Positions 13,151 through 24,573 of a stretch of DNA of 64,000 bases are shown one piece after another. The stretch covers positions 7,502,001-7,566,000 of the forward strand of contig CM022673.1 in assembly GCA_012295275.1 (NCBI GenBank), read 5' to 3'. Source of the DNA: Chrysomallon squamiferum. Lineage: Eukaryota > Animalia > Mollusca. The notes beneath the pieces were generated by a model that was not told the origin of the DNA, did not search any database, and saw only the letters and a program-made list of their open reading frames with translations. Every line of letters starts with the position of its first letter. The first letter of the stretch is position 1. The position numbers were made by a program, and so were the translations under genes.

Positions 13151-14188
13151 TAAATATATATACATCATGTTTTTAATACAATTTTGTATTATAAAAATAC
13201 GTGTAGAGATTAATTACTTCGATAGGCACTACACAGTAAATTGCTAATTTAGAACTAGTTGTGACGGATTCAATGACATTTTCACGTAGGAAAGATACAT
13301 ACAAACATCATATGTGTGTATGTGTGTGTGTGTGCTTGTGTGTTTGTATATAACGAAAACCTGATCCTATTCAACGCAGTGCAAAATATATGGATCCGTC
13401 ATTTTATGTCGTAATTTATGTTAGCATTCTGTTATTAAATCCTATGAATAATCATCATCTTTATAATACATCATATTTTCTCCGTAATCATATTAGCTTG
13501 ATCATCATTACCACTATTACTACCACTACTACTGCTACTACTACTACTATTACTAGTATTATTACTACTACTACTACTACTAAGACACTACAAAGTTGTA
13601 GTCACAGCACTCCGAGATTTCAACAACAAAAAAAATAATAAAAAAAAAAAAAAAAAAAATTATTATAAGAGAACTTCAAGTGGACATTAAGAAAACAACC
13701 TGAAATAAAGGCACAGGATTGACAACTCTGGAGAGGTGTTACCAACCAGCCTATGTTCCAGTACGGTCGAGGTGCATACGTAGCTACTCCCGAATTTATG
13801 ATTATATTATGACGTAATAATTCAGTGACGACATAACAGATGGGGCCATAATTCCGAAGGTTGATTATGTAGTCACCGAACACAATGGACGTACGGAAAC
13901 AATATTCAGATTTCAAGTCGCTCTTTCTGCAGAAAGGTATTTGGAAGAACTTAGCACTGTGTTTCATTTTGTTGATGGCCAGAAGATTCATTAGTCTCAC
14001 CACCTTAAATTTTCTCAGGAGGAATATGAGGCTGATTAGAAGTTTCGGACCGAGTCGTAGCAATATTAGTATACAAAGTAGCCAAAACATTGTTAATCAA
14101 TGCAACTGAAATTTCACTACACCAGTCAATTTACAGGAATAATAATAATAATAAAAAAAAAAAGCCAAAACCGTGAAACTAAAATTTG

Positions 14189-14219
<31 letters not shown>

Positions 14220-15776
14220 AGTTTGTGGTGTGACTGTTAGAAAATTACATTCTTCAAAAGGATTATTAACCTATGGTAGGATGCTAAGATCAGTGACAAA
14301 GCTCTGTGTTGTACACGTGAAAGGATGTCAGTGGCTGAATGCAAATTTTGTGTATTAACATTATCATGTGAACGTACACATGTGCGTGTATATATATATA
14401 TGTGTAAATATTTTGCATTGCTGTGTTGTTGTAAGTTGCAGACATTCTCAGATAAGATGCGATCCACGAAACGGTTTTTGAAGTGTTTTTACATACGTGA
14501 ATTCGACAATTTCTTAGTTGTTTTTAATGTATATATTTTTAGATGTTTAATTATATAAAAATACAAATTCAAGCTTTAAAATTGTTCAAGTGTATTTGTT
14601 GTTCGAATATAAGAAATTAATTTAGTCATACAATCATGACGATTATGTTGCTATGTCTTATTTGAAAAAGGAAAACAGAAATAACATTATTTTAAACTGT
14701 GTTCGTATGTCTATAAATATTACTACTATTGCTGATGCTGCTACTAAACTGTTACTACTATTACTACAACAGTGAATTAAAAAAACCCCACTAAATGCTT
14801 AGAGAATCCACAAATAAAGCAAATTCACTAAAAGCGTATATACGGAGACTAAATATATTCTGCACTCTTCCAGGTTTTGTTTTGTTTTCTTAATTAATAA
14901 TAATGCATCACAAGAAAAGACTACAATTTTAAAATATTGGGGTTTCATAGCATACTGAGCGGATCTGGTTAATCTTTCCCTAAGCGTAAGAAAAATGCAG
15001 ATACCACACCGCGTGCTAGCAATGACTCCGGTTATAAAGTGACAAAATGGCGTCGCATTGTGTTACGGTGTTGTTTTATGATCACACTTTCTTATTGCTG
15101 AAAACAAGCAGCTAAAACGAATAAAAGACTCAATTGGAATTAAAAATACTTTTTGCATCAGTTCTTTCCACCGCCATATTTCTTAACTGCAGTGTAGTGG
15201 TATATATTCTAATATTAGCAACATCGCGAGGATACAGGTAACCAGACAGATATAAGTCCTTGTTTCGTTATTTTACAGAAATCTCAGAAAGAGTGCTCGA
15301 TAACTTAGGAAAGACTTTAAAAAAAATAAAAAATAAAAAAATATATATTATAGACACTCAGTCTGTCAAGCGTTATTGTTATATTTATATGTACGAAATT
15401 ATGTCATAAAGAAAAAATAAAAAATCTCTTGGTTTAACAAATCAGATTCCTAGAAAGAAATTTGTGCTGAGCAATTTACTAGCATTGTCCACATTGGTAA
15501 GTGGATGAGAGCAGCATCAGCAGCAACAACGACGGAAATGATAACAGCAACAATAATAATTTCTTCATATATTTTTATGTTAATAAATAAAATTAATAGT
15601 AAGAACCATTTCAGAATATGTAGAAAATGATACTTTTAGTGTATGTGCACGTGCATACTTGCATGTGTGTGTTTATGATAGAGCATGCATAAGTGCATGT
15701 GTACTGAATTCGAATGTTCAAAATAAACACTGTCGTTTTGGAAATATATAATTTTGCTTTGGATGAGTACTAATCT

Positions 15777-15811
<35 letters not shown>

Positions 15812-17366
15812 AGAGAGAGAGATAAATAGGTTGGCGAAAATTATGAATTTTGTACACTCATGTATGGTTTACTGGAGTTACGCATCTTGATGTGTACAGA
15901 CATGATAATTATAAGGAATTCGTTTTAAGTTGAGAAGTGTGTATTTTTGATGTTTAATGGTCACTTAACTTTGACATGTGCAGCTGTCGTAGTTGTGGAC
16001 AGACAACTAAACATCCACTGGCTTAAAGTTTACTCATCTAAACTAATAACAGTTCCACCTGACATACAGAGCAACCTAAGTCAGTCATTCTCACATAAAT
16101 TCATACTGAATATTTTAGGTCCTTTTCAAAAAAATATAAAATAAAATAAAATAAAATGATATATACACTCACATATATATACAAACACAATTTGCCTCAT
16201 AGTAGACTACCAAACAATTATGAAATCCATTTCTTCATATGATTGTATATTAAAAAAAGAAAGAAGAAAATTCATAAGTTTTTTGTTCTGTTTGAGGCAT
16301 TATTACAGTATTGATAGAACATAAATAAAATAATTTTATATTTTTTCTGATTCATTTTGCATAGGATCATACCCAAATAAAAATGTTAAGAATAAAAACA
16401 TATATTTAAAAAAAAATTCTCAATAAAAAGTCTCCAAACATCTTCCTCATTTTTTGAATTATTGTTGTTATATTGTGCTCAGAAGACAATTGCTAGAATT
16501 TACAAAGATCAAAAAAATGTTTCACATGATCAGAAATATATGCTGACACCAATTTAATTTTTAATTTTTTTAAATTTGTACATAAGTATTTATTTAAGAA
16601 ATAAATCCTGTTAAATAAAGTATCATCAGTAAGAACATTCATCAATAAATTAATTTTTTTTTAAAATCAGTTACATTGAAAACTAATTATATTGATAATT
16701 ATAGTATTTATAGTAATATGACAAATTCTTTCTGGAAACATCCTTTGTAATAATTTGTGTTTTCAATTCAATTATTTATCTTCTTTTTATTGGTAAGCTG
16801 TATTGTGTTTTTGCTTTGATTTGTTTTTTTTTTTTTTTTCTATATCTTTTTGTAAATTGTAATGTTCAAATCAATCCAGACATATTTTATTTAAAAAAAA
16901 TGAATGGCTGGTTATCAATAATCAACACATTAAAATTCCAATGATAGGTAATAATTTTTTTGTTCTTGTTGCAATTTTCCAAGTGATGATGATAAAAATA
17001 AAAAAATAAATAAATAAATAAGTAAATAAATAAATAAAAAAATAAATAAATAAATAAATATTTATAATTTAAACAAAATAAAAGCTACACAATATTAATT
17101 TAAGCATTTATATTTCCAATAACAACATTTCTTTTAAAAAGTGTTTTTCAAAATAACTGCTTAGTGATACATGTAAGTACAATTTTCTACAACTGTGTCT
17201 ACTCAAGAAAATTATAAGGTCAAACAATTCCCATGCAAAGGCTGAGATCTCCCCAGTGAATGATATGAAAGATCACATGACGACAAGTCAAAATGAAAGG
17301 TTACAAAATAAATGATGAGGAAAGATTTGCACTGTCAGAATTCTCTGCATAACTGTTTTGTTCTGG

Positions 17367-17412
17367 TCATAAAAAGGAAAGTCCAATACCAAACTGCAAA
17401 CCTGAATTAACT
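17367..17412 (-). CDS. SAMM50: SAMM50 exon 14 (last; beta-signal)
   Basis: ttttcag|A GTT; (G)VNSGLQFGIGLSFL-TGA. Confidence 0.95.
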
Positions 17413-17692
17413 CTGAAAAAAATAAAAAATAAAGTGTTTGTTTTATTTATTGAAATAAAAGACAGGAAGACCCATACAAAGAAAATGGGATAAACAGACA
17501 TTACCAAATGGAAATTTTTCATTAATATTTGATAATGAAAACATTTAGATTCAGAAGAATCAATAGCAAAACAGATAAATATAGAGACAGTTGGAAACAG
17601 TAACAGTCATAGAGATGAATAAATACCATGAAATATTAAGACAGATAAACAGACACAAAGTGAGAACTGTAGAGAGATAAATAATAACAAAC

Positions 17693-17834
17693 CCATCGCC
17701 TCTCTGAGCGCAGACAGGAATAACGTAGTTGAGTTCCAGGCGAGCAATTCCTCCCATACGAAGAACAATTCCTGCTCCATATGCCCAGCGGAACGTCTCA
17801 AACATGTGACACAGATTCTCCCTCAAATCAGCAT
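17693..17834 (-). CDS. SAMM50: SAMM50 exon 13
   Basis: ttgtag|AT ... GG|gtttgt; [46 protein letters not shown]. Confidence 0.95.
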
Positions 17835-18024
17835 CTACAAATTTGTTTAACCAACCACATGTAAATACACATACAAAACTATAATCTTAAAAAAAAAAAG
17901 CATAAATTTATAGCTAAGTAGATAAATACATTTACATCAATTCTTTATATATATATTAAGAGAAAGGGACACTTTACATATATATCTACACACACATTTT
18001 ATTTACATATATATATATAGATAG

Positions 18025-18062
<38 letters not shown>

Positions 18063-18318
18063 GTACGTTTATACACAGACATAAAATTTCTACCAAAATC
18101 CACATACAAGAATAAATTTATATAAAATACCTTTTTTCACTAATTGTATTTTCTCTCTCATATTGTAATTACATTTCAAAAATGAGTTCTAACAATTAAG
18201 AACAGTTAATGTGCAGCTATTGATGACATATTCTTAAATGTTTATCAATTTCCCTTTGTGAATTTGTTTTTTACAAAACAATCTAACAAAATATTAAAAA
18301 ATGAACAGAAAGACTTAC

Positions 18319-18465
18319 TCAAGTTTAAATTACCCAGGTTTCCAGCATTGGCAAAGAAATGCAATTTGAACAGCTCCCCAAATCCTCCCTTGCCGGGACT
18401 GAAGGGTAGGGGTGTGTAGATGTGAGCTGCAGTCAGCCAGTATGCATCGGCACCAAGAGCATTTC
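18319..18465 (-). CDS. SAMM50: SAMM50 exon 12
   Basis: cttcag|GA ... A|gtaagt; [48 protein letters not shown]. Confidence 0.96.
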
Positions 18466-18851
18466 CTGAAGATTACGACAAATAATAGAATTCCATGACT
18501 ACTGGGGATTTTTCGGAAAGAACATTAAACATATTCAAATAAAACTGTAGATAAGTACATCCAAACACACTGATACACAAACATAAACACATGGACTCAA
18601 ATATATATAGAAACACATTCATAACAATGATGTATATAAACAAGTATATTCATATGTATTAGAAATGAAATCCGCACACACAAACACACACAAAGTTACA
18701 TACATCCCACTATTTACACAATTAATACACGAATATGAGAAATAAGCAACATCTTTCATAAGAAGAACAATTACTACACACAGGAATGTCTCAAACAAAA
18801 CTTTAATGAGTAATACCCACACAAATAAATAAATAAACAATATATCATTAC

Positions 18852-18993
18852 CATCACTGTGAGGTCCCACTCCTTTGACATTAAACCCTCTGAGTGTGAG
18901 AGGACCTCCAAGGAAGAACCTGTCATTAACTCTGATGTCCTTCTTTGCGTCCAGAGTCTTCATAATGCCAGCAGCACAGGAAAACTGCAAAAC
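18852..18993 (-). CDS. SAMM50: SAMM50 exon 11
   Basis: tatcag|GTT ... G|gtaatg; VLQFSCAAG...DRFFLGGPLTLRGFNVKGVGPHSD carries the Omp85 RGF lid motif. Confidence 0.96.
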
Positions 18994-19531
18994 CTGATAC
19001 ACACAAAATTTATTAATAAAACAGTAATTTATTTTTTTTAAATCAAAATCATTTTGCTGTCAAGAGATCTAATAATTTGAACAGAATTATGAAGATGATA
19101 GATTATAATAGATAATATAAAAGAATAAATGATTAGAGATTCTGTTGTTCAGTGGTTATTATTGTGGTACACTAAAAAGACGGATAAAAATGATAAATGA
19201 GAGGATGTCAGGATGATGATAAAAATGATGATAAAAATATGATAAGATGTTAATGTTAAACATGATAAAGATTTATATTTGAAATATGACACAGTAAATG
19301 GATGTTAACACAAGATGGTTATAACTTTGTCATATAAATCAGTGCTTATTAAACTGGTAAATAAAAATATGTTGAGGGTGGATGAAACAAGAGGGAGAAA
19401 AAGATGAATTATAATCAAAGAAAAAAGAATTTTGGTCAAATGTGAATGAAATTAACTACATAAAGACTGAACGATGAACAACAGAGAAATGGTTTAAGAA
19501 GCAGTGACACAGGTAATGATGTTGAACTTAC

Positions 19532-19615
19532 TGTGTCCCACAAGAGGGACTGGTTTATCTGCAGTTCAAAATCATGCTTCAGAAAGTTGGCAGTTCCACC
19601 CAGACCAGCATACTC
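19532..19615 (-). CDS. SAMM50: SAMM50 exon 10
   Basis: atacag|GAG ... ACA|gtaagt; [28 protein letters not shown]. Confidence 0.95.
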
Positions 19616-19782
19616 CTGTATAGAACAGAGATGTTTGTGAAATATTGCTACCATTTTCAAAAGCCCACATATTAATAACTATCAATAGTTAAGTATAAAT
19701 AAATTATTATAATAAATAAATAACCTTAAATAAACAATCAAAACAAAAGAAACAATAAAAAAACAGTAATAATAATACAGTA

Positions 19783-19828
<46 letters not shown>

Positions 19829-20102
19829 TAGCCATTAATAAATAATTTTAAAATAACAATACTTTAGAAAGGCAGAAATATAACAACAATAAAATATTAT
19901 ATTATTAGGAAACCTGAATTGTTTTAATACCTGTTCAAAATGAAGATTGACATGTCTCAAATCATCTAATAGTTTTATTTATTACGAAAATCTAAATATT
20001 TGTTACTAAATTTTCTGCTGATGTATTAAATATGCTGCACAGTCCTAACAGTGAAGGCTATTTGCTTTTGATAAAATAGATTTTTAAGAATTAAAATTTC
20101 AC

Positions 20103-20174
20103 CTGAATAGCACGAACCAATGATCCTTCTGATGGAAGAATGGAGTCATCTCTGGTGTCTCTAAAATATATGTG
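20103..20174 (-). CDS. SAMM50: SAMM50 exon 9
   Basis: tttcag|CAC ... CAG|gtgaaa; HIYFRDTRDDSILPSEGSLVRAIQ. Confidence 0.95.
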
Positions 20175-20486
20175 CTGAAAGAAGACAACTATCATTATTT
20201 TTAGTTATCTCCAATCTCTTTTCTCTCATATTAGGATGTAAAAACAAATTTTTAAAAATATTTTTATGTTCCATCAACAAATTAATGTTCAAACAATCTA
20301 TTAGCAACATTTGTTGGTTAAATTAAAGAATATGTTCGATTTGGTTCACAGATGTATCTAAGTATGGACATGTAAAGAAATATAATTAAGTATTAACATT
20401 AAAAGTAAATATAAAGGTTTAATATCTGGTTTAAAACATCCAGAAAAAAAACACTCTCAACATTACCATAATTATCTTTAGAAATT

Positions 20487-20938
20487 CTGACACAGAGACT
20501 GTCTAAGTTACTGTAACATTTGGTTATATAACTTATTCTAATACAAGATTATCTAACCTACTTTATAATAACGCTGTCTAATATACATATGAATAACTTC
20601 TTCTAATAAAAGAAATATAATTATCTAAACAGAAGACTGTCTAACTCTAACTCAGTATTTTCTAACATACTAGGACAACACTGTCTAACTTTTCTAATAT
20701 GTCCAATTTAACTCTAACTCAAGACCATCTAGCTTACTCTAAAACAAGAATTTCTAACTCACTATAATATTAAGACTCTAATATAAGACTATCTAACTTA
20801 CTCTAACACTAGACTGTCTAACTTACTCTAACACAAGACTGTCTAACTTACTCTAACACAAGACTGTCTAACTTACTGTAACACAAGACTGTCTAACTTA
20901 CTGTAACACAAGACTGTCTAACTTACTCTAACACAAGA
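20487..20938. repeat. 25-bp minisatellite derived from the SAMM50 exon 8 / intron 8 junction
   Basis: Unit ctgtctaacttact(c/g)taacacaaga; about 6.5 near-perfect copies at 20777-20938 and degenerate copies down to ~20487. Confidence 0.95.
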
Positions 20939-21055
20939 TTTGATGCTGTGGCCAGACTGTTCTCTCACAGCGAAGGATGTTGTTCTGGAAAGAGCTCGCA
21001 AATCTCGCCATACTCCTTCCCACTTGAGTGTGTGGTTACCCATCATAGTTGGAAA
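20927..21055 (-). CDS. SAMM50: SAMM50 exon 8
   Basis: acttag|TTT ... AGA|gtaagt; [43 protein letters not shown]. Confidence 0.95.
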
Positions 21056-21431
21056 CTAAGTGAGAGAATTGTCATTATTAAGAGTATATTGAACATATAT
21101 GGAATTATTACCTTTTCTAAACAAAAAATAACTCATTCTATATCTAACTGAACTGCTGTGCAGTAAAAATGATTACATTGGTAAATTCAGAATTTTGATC
21201 GACTGCAATTATTTACTTTCTTGCAATAAGAGTTTGAAATGTAAATTAAATAAAAAAAAACTTTTATGAAGGTGCCAGAACCTCAACAGAGTATGTTTAT
21301 AAAATGAAATTTTAACATGACCGAGGGCATTTGAATAAATTAATATCAACAGCAGAACTTTCATTTTTCTTTTCAAATTTTAAAGTTTGGCAATATCAAA
21401 TAAAATGGTTTTCCACAGTAAGACTACTTAC

Positions 21432-21519
21432 AGTGAAATCAGTGTAAATGCCTCTGTCTGTTTCTTTGTAACCGCTCCAGGGGTAGTCTCCATGATACTG
21501 ATACAGCCCTGCACTAAAT
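21432..21519 (-). CDS. SAMM50: SAMM50 exon 7
   Basis: tttcag|A ... ACT|gtaagt; FSAGLYQYHGDYPWSGYKETDRGIYTDFT. Confidence 0.95.
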
Positions 21520-21844
21520 CTGAAACACAATATCAGTAAATGTGAACTGACCTGTTTATTTTTAGGATTTATAAGAAACATGTATTGAAAAATTATAACC
21601 ATCACACTAAATTTGATCCAGTGATTATTTATTTTCATATCACAGTATTTAGAAAAGGTTTTGAAATGTTAGATATTCATATGTCTAAATCTTCATGTTA
21701 TTATTTTAAGATGAAATGAAACAACTGTAGCACAGTATCTTTTCAGAAAAAGCACTCACATAGCACTGTATCTTAAGGATTTGTTATATGTAACTACATC
21801 TATGTAATGATGTTATAAATGCCATATTACTGTAGAAGACTTAC

Positions 21845-21978
21845 ATAACATCAGGGTTTCCACTGATGGGTTTTGTGAAAGACAAGTTGAGTCCCCTGCT
21901 TTGTTTTGTTCCATGGGTGTATTCCGAGTTAACCCTTTCTCCTCTACCCAACAAGTTTGGCAGTTTTAAGCTGAACAG
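21845..21978 (-). CDS. SAMM50: SAMM50 exon 6
   Basis: tcctag|CTG ... AT|gtaagt; LFSLKLPNLLGRGERVNSEYTHGTKQSRGLNLSFTKPISGNPDV. Confidence 0.95.
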
Positions 21979-22122
21979 CTAGGAAATGAGAAATGTAAAA
22001 TTATGTAACTGCAGATCTCTCTCTTTCTCTCTCACACACACACACACACACACAAATACTTATTTCTGAACAAATACAATCAAATCTTCTACAAATACAA
22101 CTAACAATGAATTACACATGTA

Positions 22123-22184
22123 CAGGTGTATTCACTGTGAATTAGGATTCTACACCAGGTGTATTCACTGTGAATTAGGATTCT
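22123..22184. repeat. Two-copy 29 bp direct repeat (33 bp period) abutting the SAMM50 exon 5 donor
   Basis: caggtgtattcactgtgaattaggattct at 22123-22151 and 22156-22184. Confidence 0.95.
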
Positions 22185-22187
22185 CAC

Positions 22188-22294
22188 CAGATTGGCGTGC
22201 GTATTTCCAATAGATGTGTTTATTCCTCCAGCAACCCGCCTCAGTTCATTCACTTCAAATGTCACCTCGTAGCCATCTTTCCTGGCTCGTGGCC
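22188..22294 (-). CDS. SAMM50: SAMM50 exon 5
   Basis: ccccag|GG ... CTG|gtgaga; PRARKDGYEVTFEVNELRRVAGGINTSIGNTHANL. Confidence 0.95.
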
Positions 22295-22568
22295 CTGGGG
22301 TTCAAAACATTGACTAATTACATCAACAGAAATAACATACCTGTGTGTGGTTCTGAATATGTCTGAATATGTATATTTGTATACATGTGTATGTATAAAA
22401 AAAATTTTTTTTTTTAACTCACTAGAATTTCAACATAAATTTTGTACATTTGGATTTATATGGTGTTAATTGTGTAGATACAGATTGAGTTTAAAATGTT
22501 CCATTTAATGTTATTATTATTAGACCATTTTTTAAGCATGCTGTTAGTATCACAAGATTATATCATAC

Positions 22569-22656
22569 CTCTGTATGTGTCTATCACAATGTGGATGTTC
22601 TTGAAAAGTCCAAGCCTCTCAAACTTCACCTTTACTTCATGGCTTTTGATTACCAT
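22569..22656 (-). CDS. SAMM50: SAMM50 exon 4
   Basis: aaatag|ATG ... G|gtatga; MVIKSHEVKVKFERLGLFKNIHIVIDTYR (POTRA). Confidence 0.95.
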
Positions 22657-22928
22657 CTATTTAAAAAATATAATAATAATAATATAAACATTTTGTTTAT
22701 CAACTAAATAATAATGTATTCACTGTATAAATTGAAAAAAAAAATGTTTTATATATTTTTGTTAAACTTAAATTTTTGTTCATGTAACAATAACTTTATT
22801 TCAATCATTTATTCTCTCACTGAACAACAGCCAGATGTTAAAAACAAGTTCAAAATAATAACTCTGTAAAGTGTAAATATTTTCTGCTAATTATAAAAAT
22901 CTGAAGTGTTTTATTTACAAAGATTTAC

Positions 22929-23030
22929 CTCAGAAAAGTTATTGGCTGCAAGGAGGGTCTGGACTTCGTTGACAATGATGTCATTTTTAGTTCGAGCCAC
23001 ACCATCAACAACAATTCTCTGTACTTTAAC
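22929..23030 (-). CDS. SAMM50: SAMM50 exon 3
   Basis: ttgcag|GTT ... GAG|gtaaat; VKVQRIVVDGVARTKNDIIVNEVQTLLAANNFSE (POTRA). Confidence 0.95.
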
Positions 23031-23261
23031 CTGCAAAACAAATCATAAAGTACAGTCTACAATCCTGTTTTTAATTATTTGTTAATTACTAAATAATTTT
23101 AATAACTGTTTTTACAGATGTAGAATTACATGTAAATGTTTTGAAAATAGCCTTTCTAATTTCAATACATTTTATGATAAATAAAAAGTACAGTTATACA
23201 AATTGAAATAAATATCTTTATGGATATTATTTATATACACACACAGGCACGCACACACACA

Positions 23262-23304
<43 letters not shown>

Positions 23305-23507
23305 TCCTGGACATAAGAACTATGTATTACCCTTCCAAGAATATTGACATTTACGACAGAATAATTATAATTTAATGAAAGGGACTGCTTAATATTATTT
23401 CAGTTAAGAACACTGTACAGGTATTATGTATAAATTAAAATATAAAAATTTTGGTAATTCTGTAATAATTATTTCAAACATTATAGATGTTTTAAAGAAA
23501 TACTAAC

Positions 23508-23564
23508 TGGGATGTTGTCAAAATCAATCTCCTTTTGAAAGACTGTGTTATGGCCATCAGGTTC
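23508..23564 (-). CDS. SAMM50: SAMM50 exon 2
   Basis: tttcag|GAA ... CCA|gttagt; EPDGHNTVFQKEIDFDNIP, phase 0-0. This region is poorly conserved, so support rests mainly on splice signals and frame. Confidence 0.82.
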
Positions 23565-24552
23565 CTGAAATTAATATTTTTTATAAATTACAAACAACAA
23601 TATTAACATATTAAATGCTGCATTCTTGACAGAACTTATGTTTTGTTAAGTTATTATTAGACAAGTGTAAAAATAAAAGTGAAAAAATCTAATCACTTCT
23701 CTTTGTAAGCCAGCTCCTTAGATTTCAGGCTATGTAAGTGGCAGATACTATCAGGGATGTTGTCATCAGTGGTAATAAACATAAATAATTAATGAAGACA
23801 ATAAGCTGAATTCCTGCAGGGGTGCATTTAAAAAAGATTACTGTTTTAAAATTGTTTACGTAGTCTACCATGACTACAAAAAAAGATTAATTACAGAATC
23901 ACAATTTCTCTTTCAAACTTGACTAGACTCAAAACAGTGTTCAAAAAATTATAATAATGTGCAGTGATTTGTTTTATCCGTTTTATTCAAACTTAATTTA
24001 ATGTTATCTAATCATTTTTACTGTTCACATTGAATTAGTAGTATGTAATCACTGACTAGTTTGCTATTTATAAATGTCTTGCTTCTCTAATTCATATTTT
24101 TATGGTAATGATAAACATCAGTGGTGACAAAGTGCCTGGCAAGACCTACCAATTATATAGCCTTCAAACTAAACAACCGGCCTTTGGGATACTTGTTAAA
24201 AATGTTGCATCATATGATCATAACGACATAAGGCAATTTTAAATGAGAAAGAAAATAATCTGATGCACTCGAAAGACAACTCTTCTTAGTAAATAAAAAC
24301 AAGAACGAGTCAATGTTAAAAATCCGCATCAGTGATATTAGTGGTAAGTAACACTAACAGCAGTCAGTACTAAATTAGTAAATATTTATAAATAATTATT
24401 AAAATAACAAGAAATGACTATCTGACATAAACCAGTTAATATTCTGCATCTTTAGTTATCTATTTAAATGACTTTACAGCAAAGGAAAGACACACAAATA
24501 TCTGATAAATTATTTATAATATGTGTATATCGAAATGTCCTTGTAATCTTGC

Positions 24553-24573
24553 CTTTGCATGAACAGTTCCCAT
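24553..24573 (-). CDS. SAMM50: SAMM50 exon 1 coding part (MGTVHAK) with GC donor
   Basis: gcaaaATG GGA ACT GTT CAT GCA AAG|gcaaga matches the metazoan Sam50 N-terminus MGTVHA(R/K). Confidence 0.92.

Larger units (their letters stand above)
17367..24573 (-). other. SAMM50: Whole gene span: sorting and assembly machinery component 50 (Sam50, Omp85/BamA family); 14 coding exons, 1359 nt CDS, 452 aa
   Basis: All exons join in frame from MGTVHAK to GLQFGIGLSFL-stop. Has a POTRA segment, the LRGF lid-loop motif and a C-terminal beta-signal, matching my recollection of human SAMM50 throughout. Confidence 0.97.

Noticed and set aside
20777-20938. CRISPR-like regular repeat array
   Set aside because: Units are contiguous with no unique spacers, there are no cas genes and the context is eukaryotic. 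It is a minisatellite.
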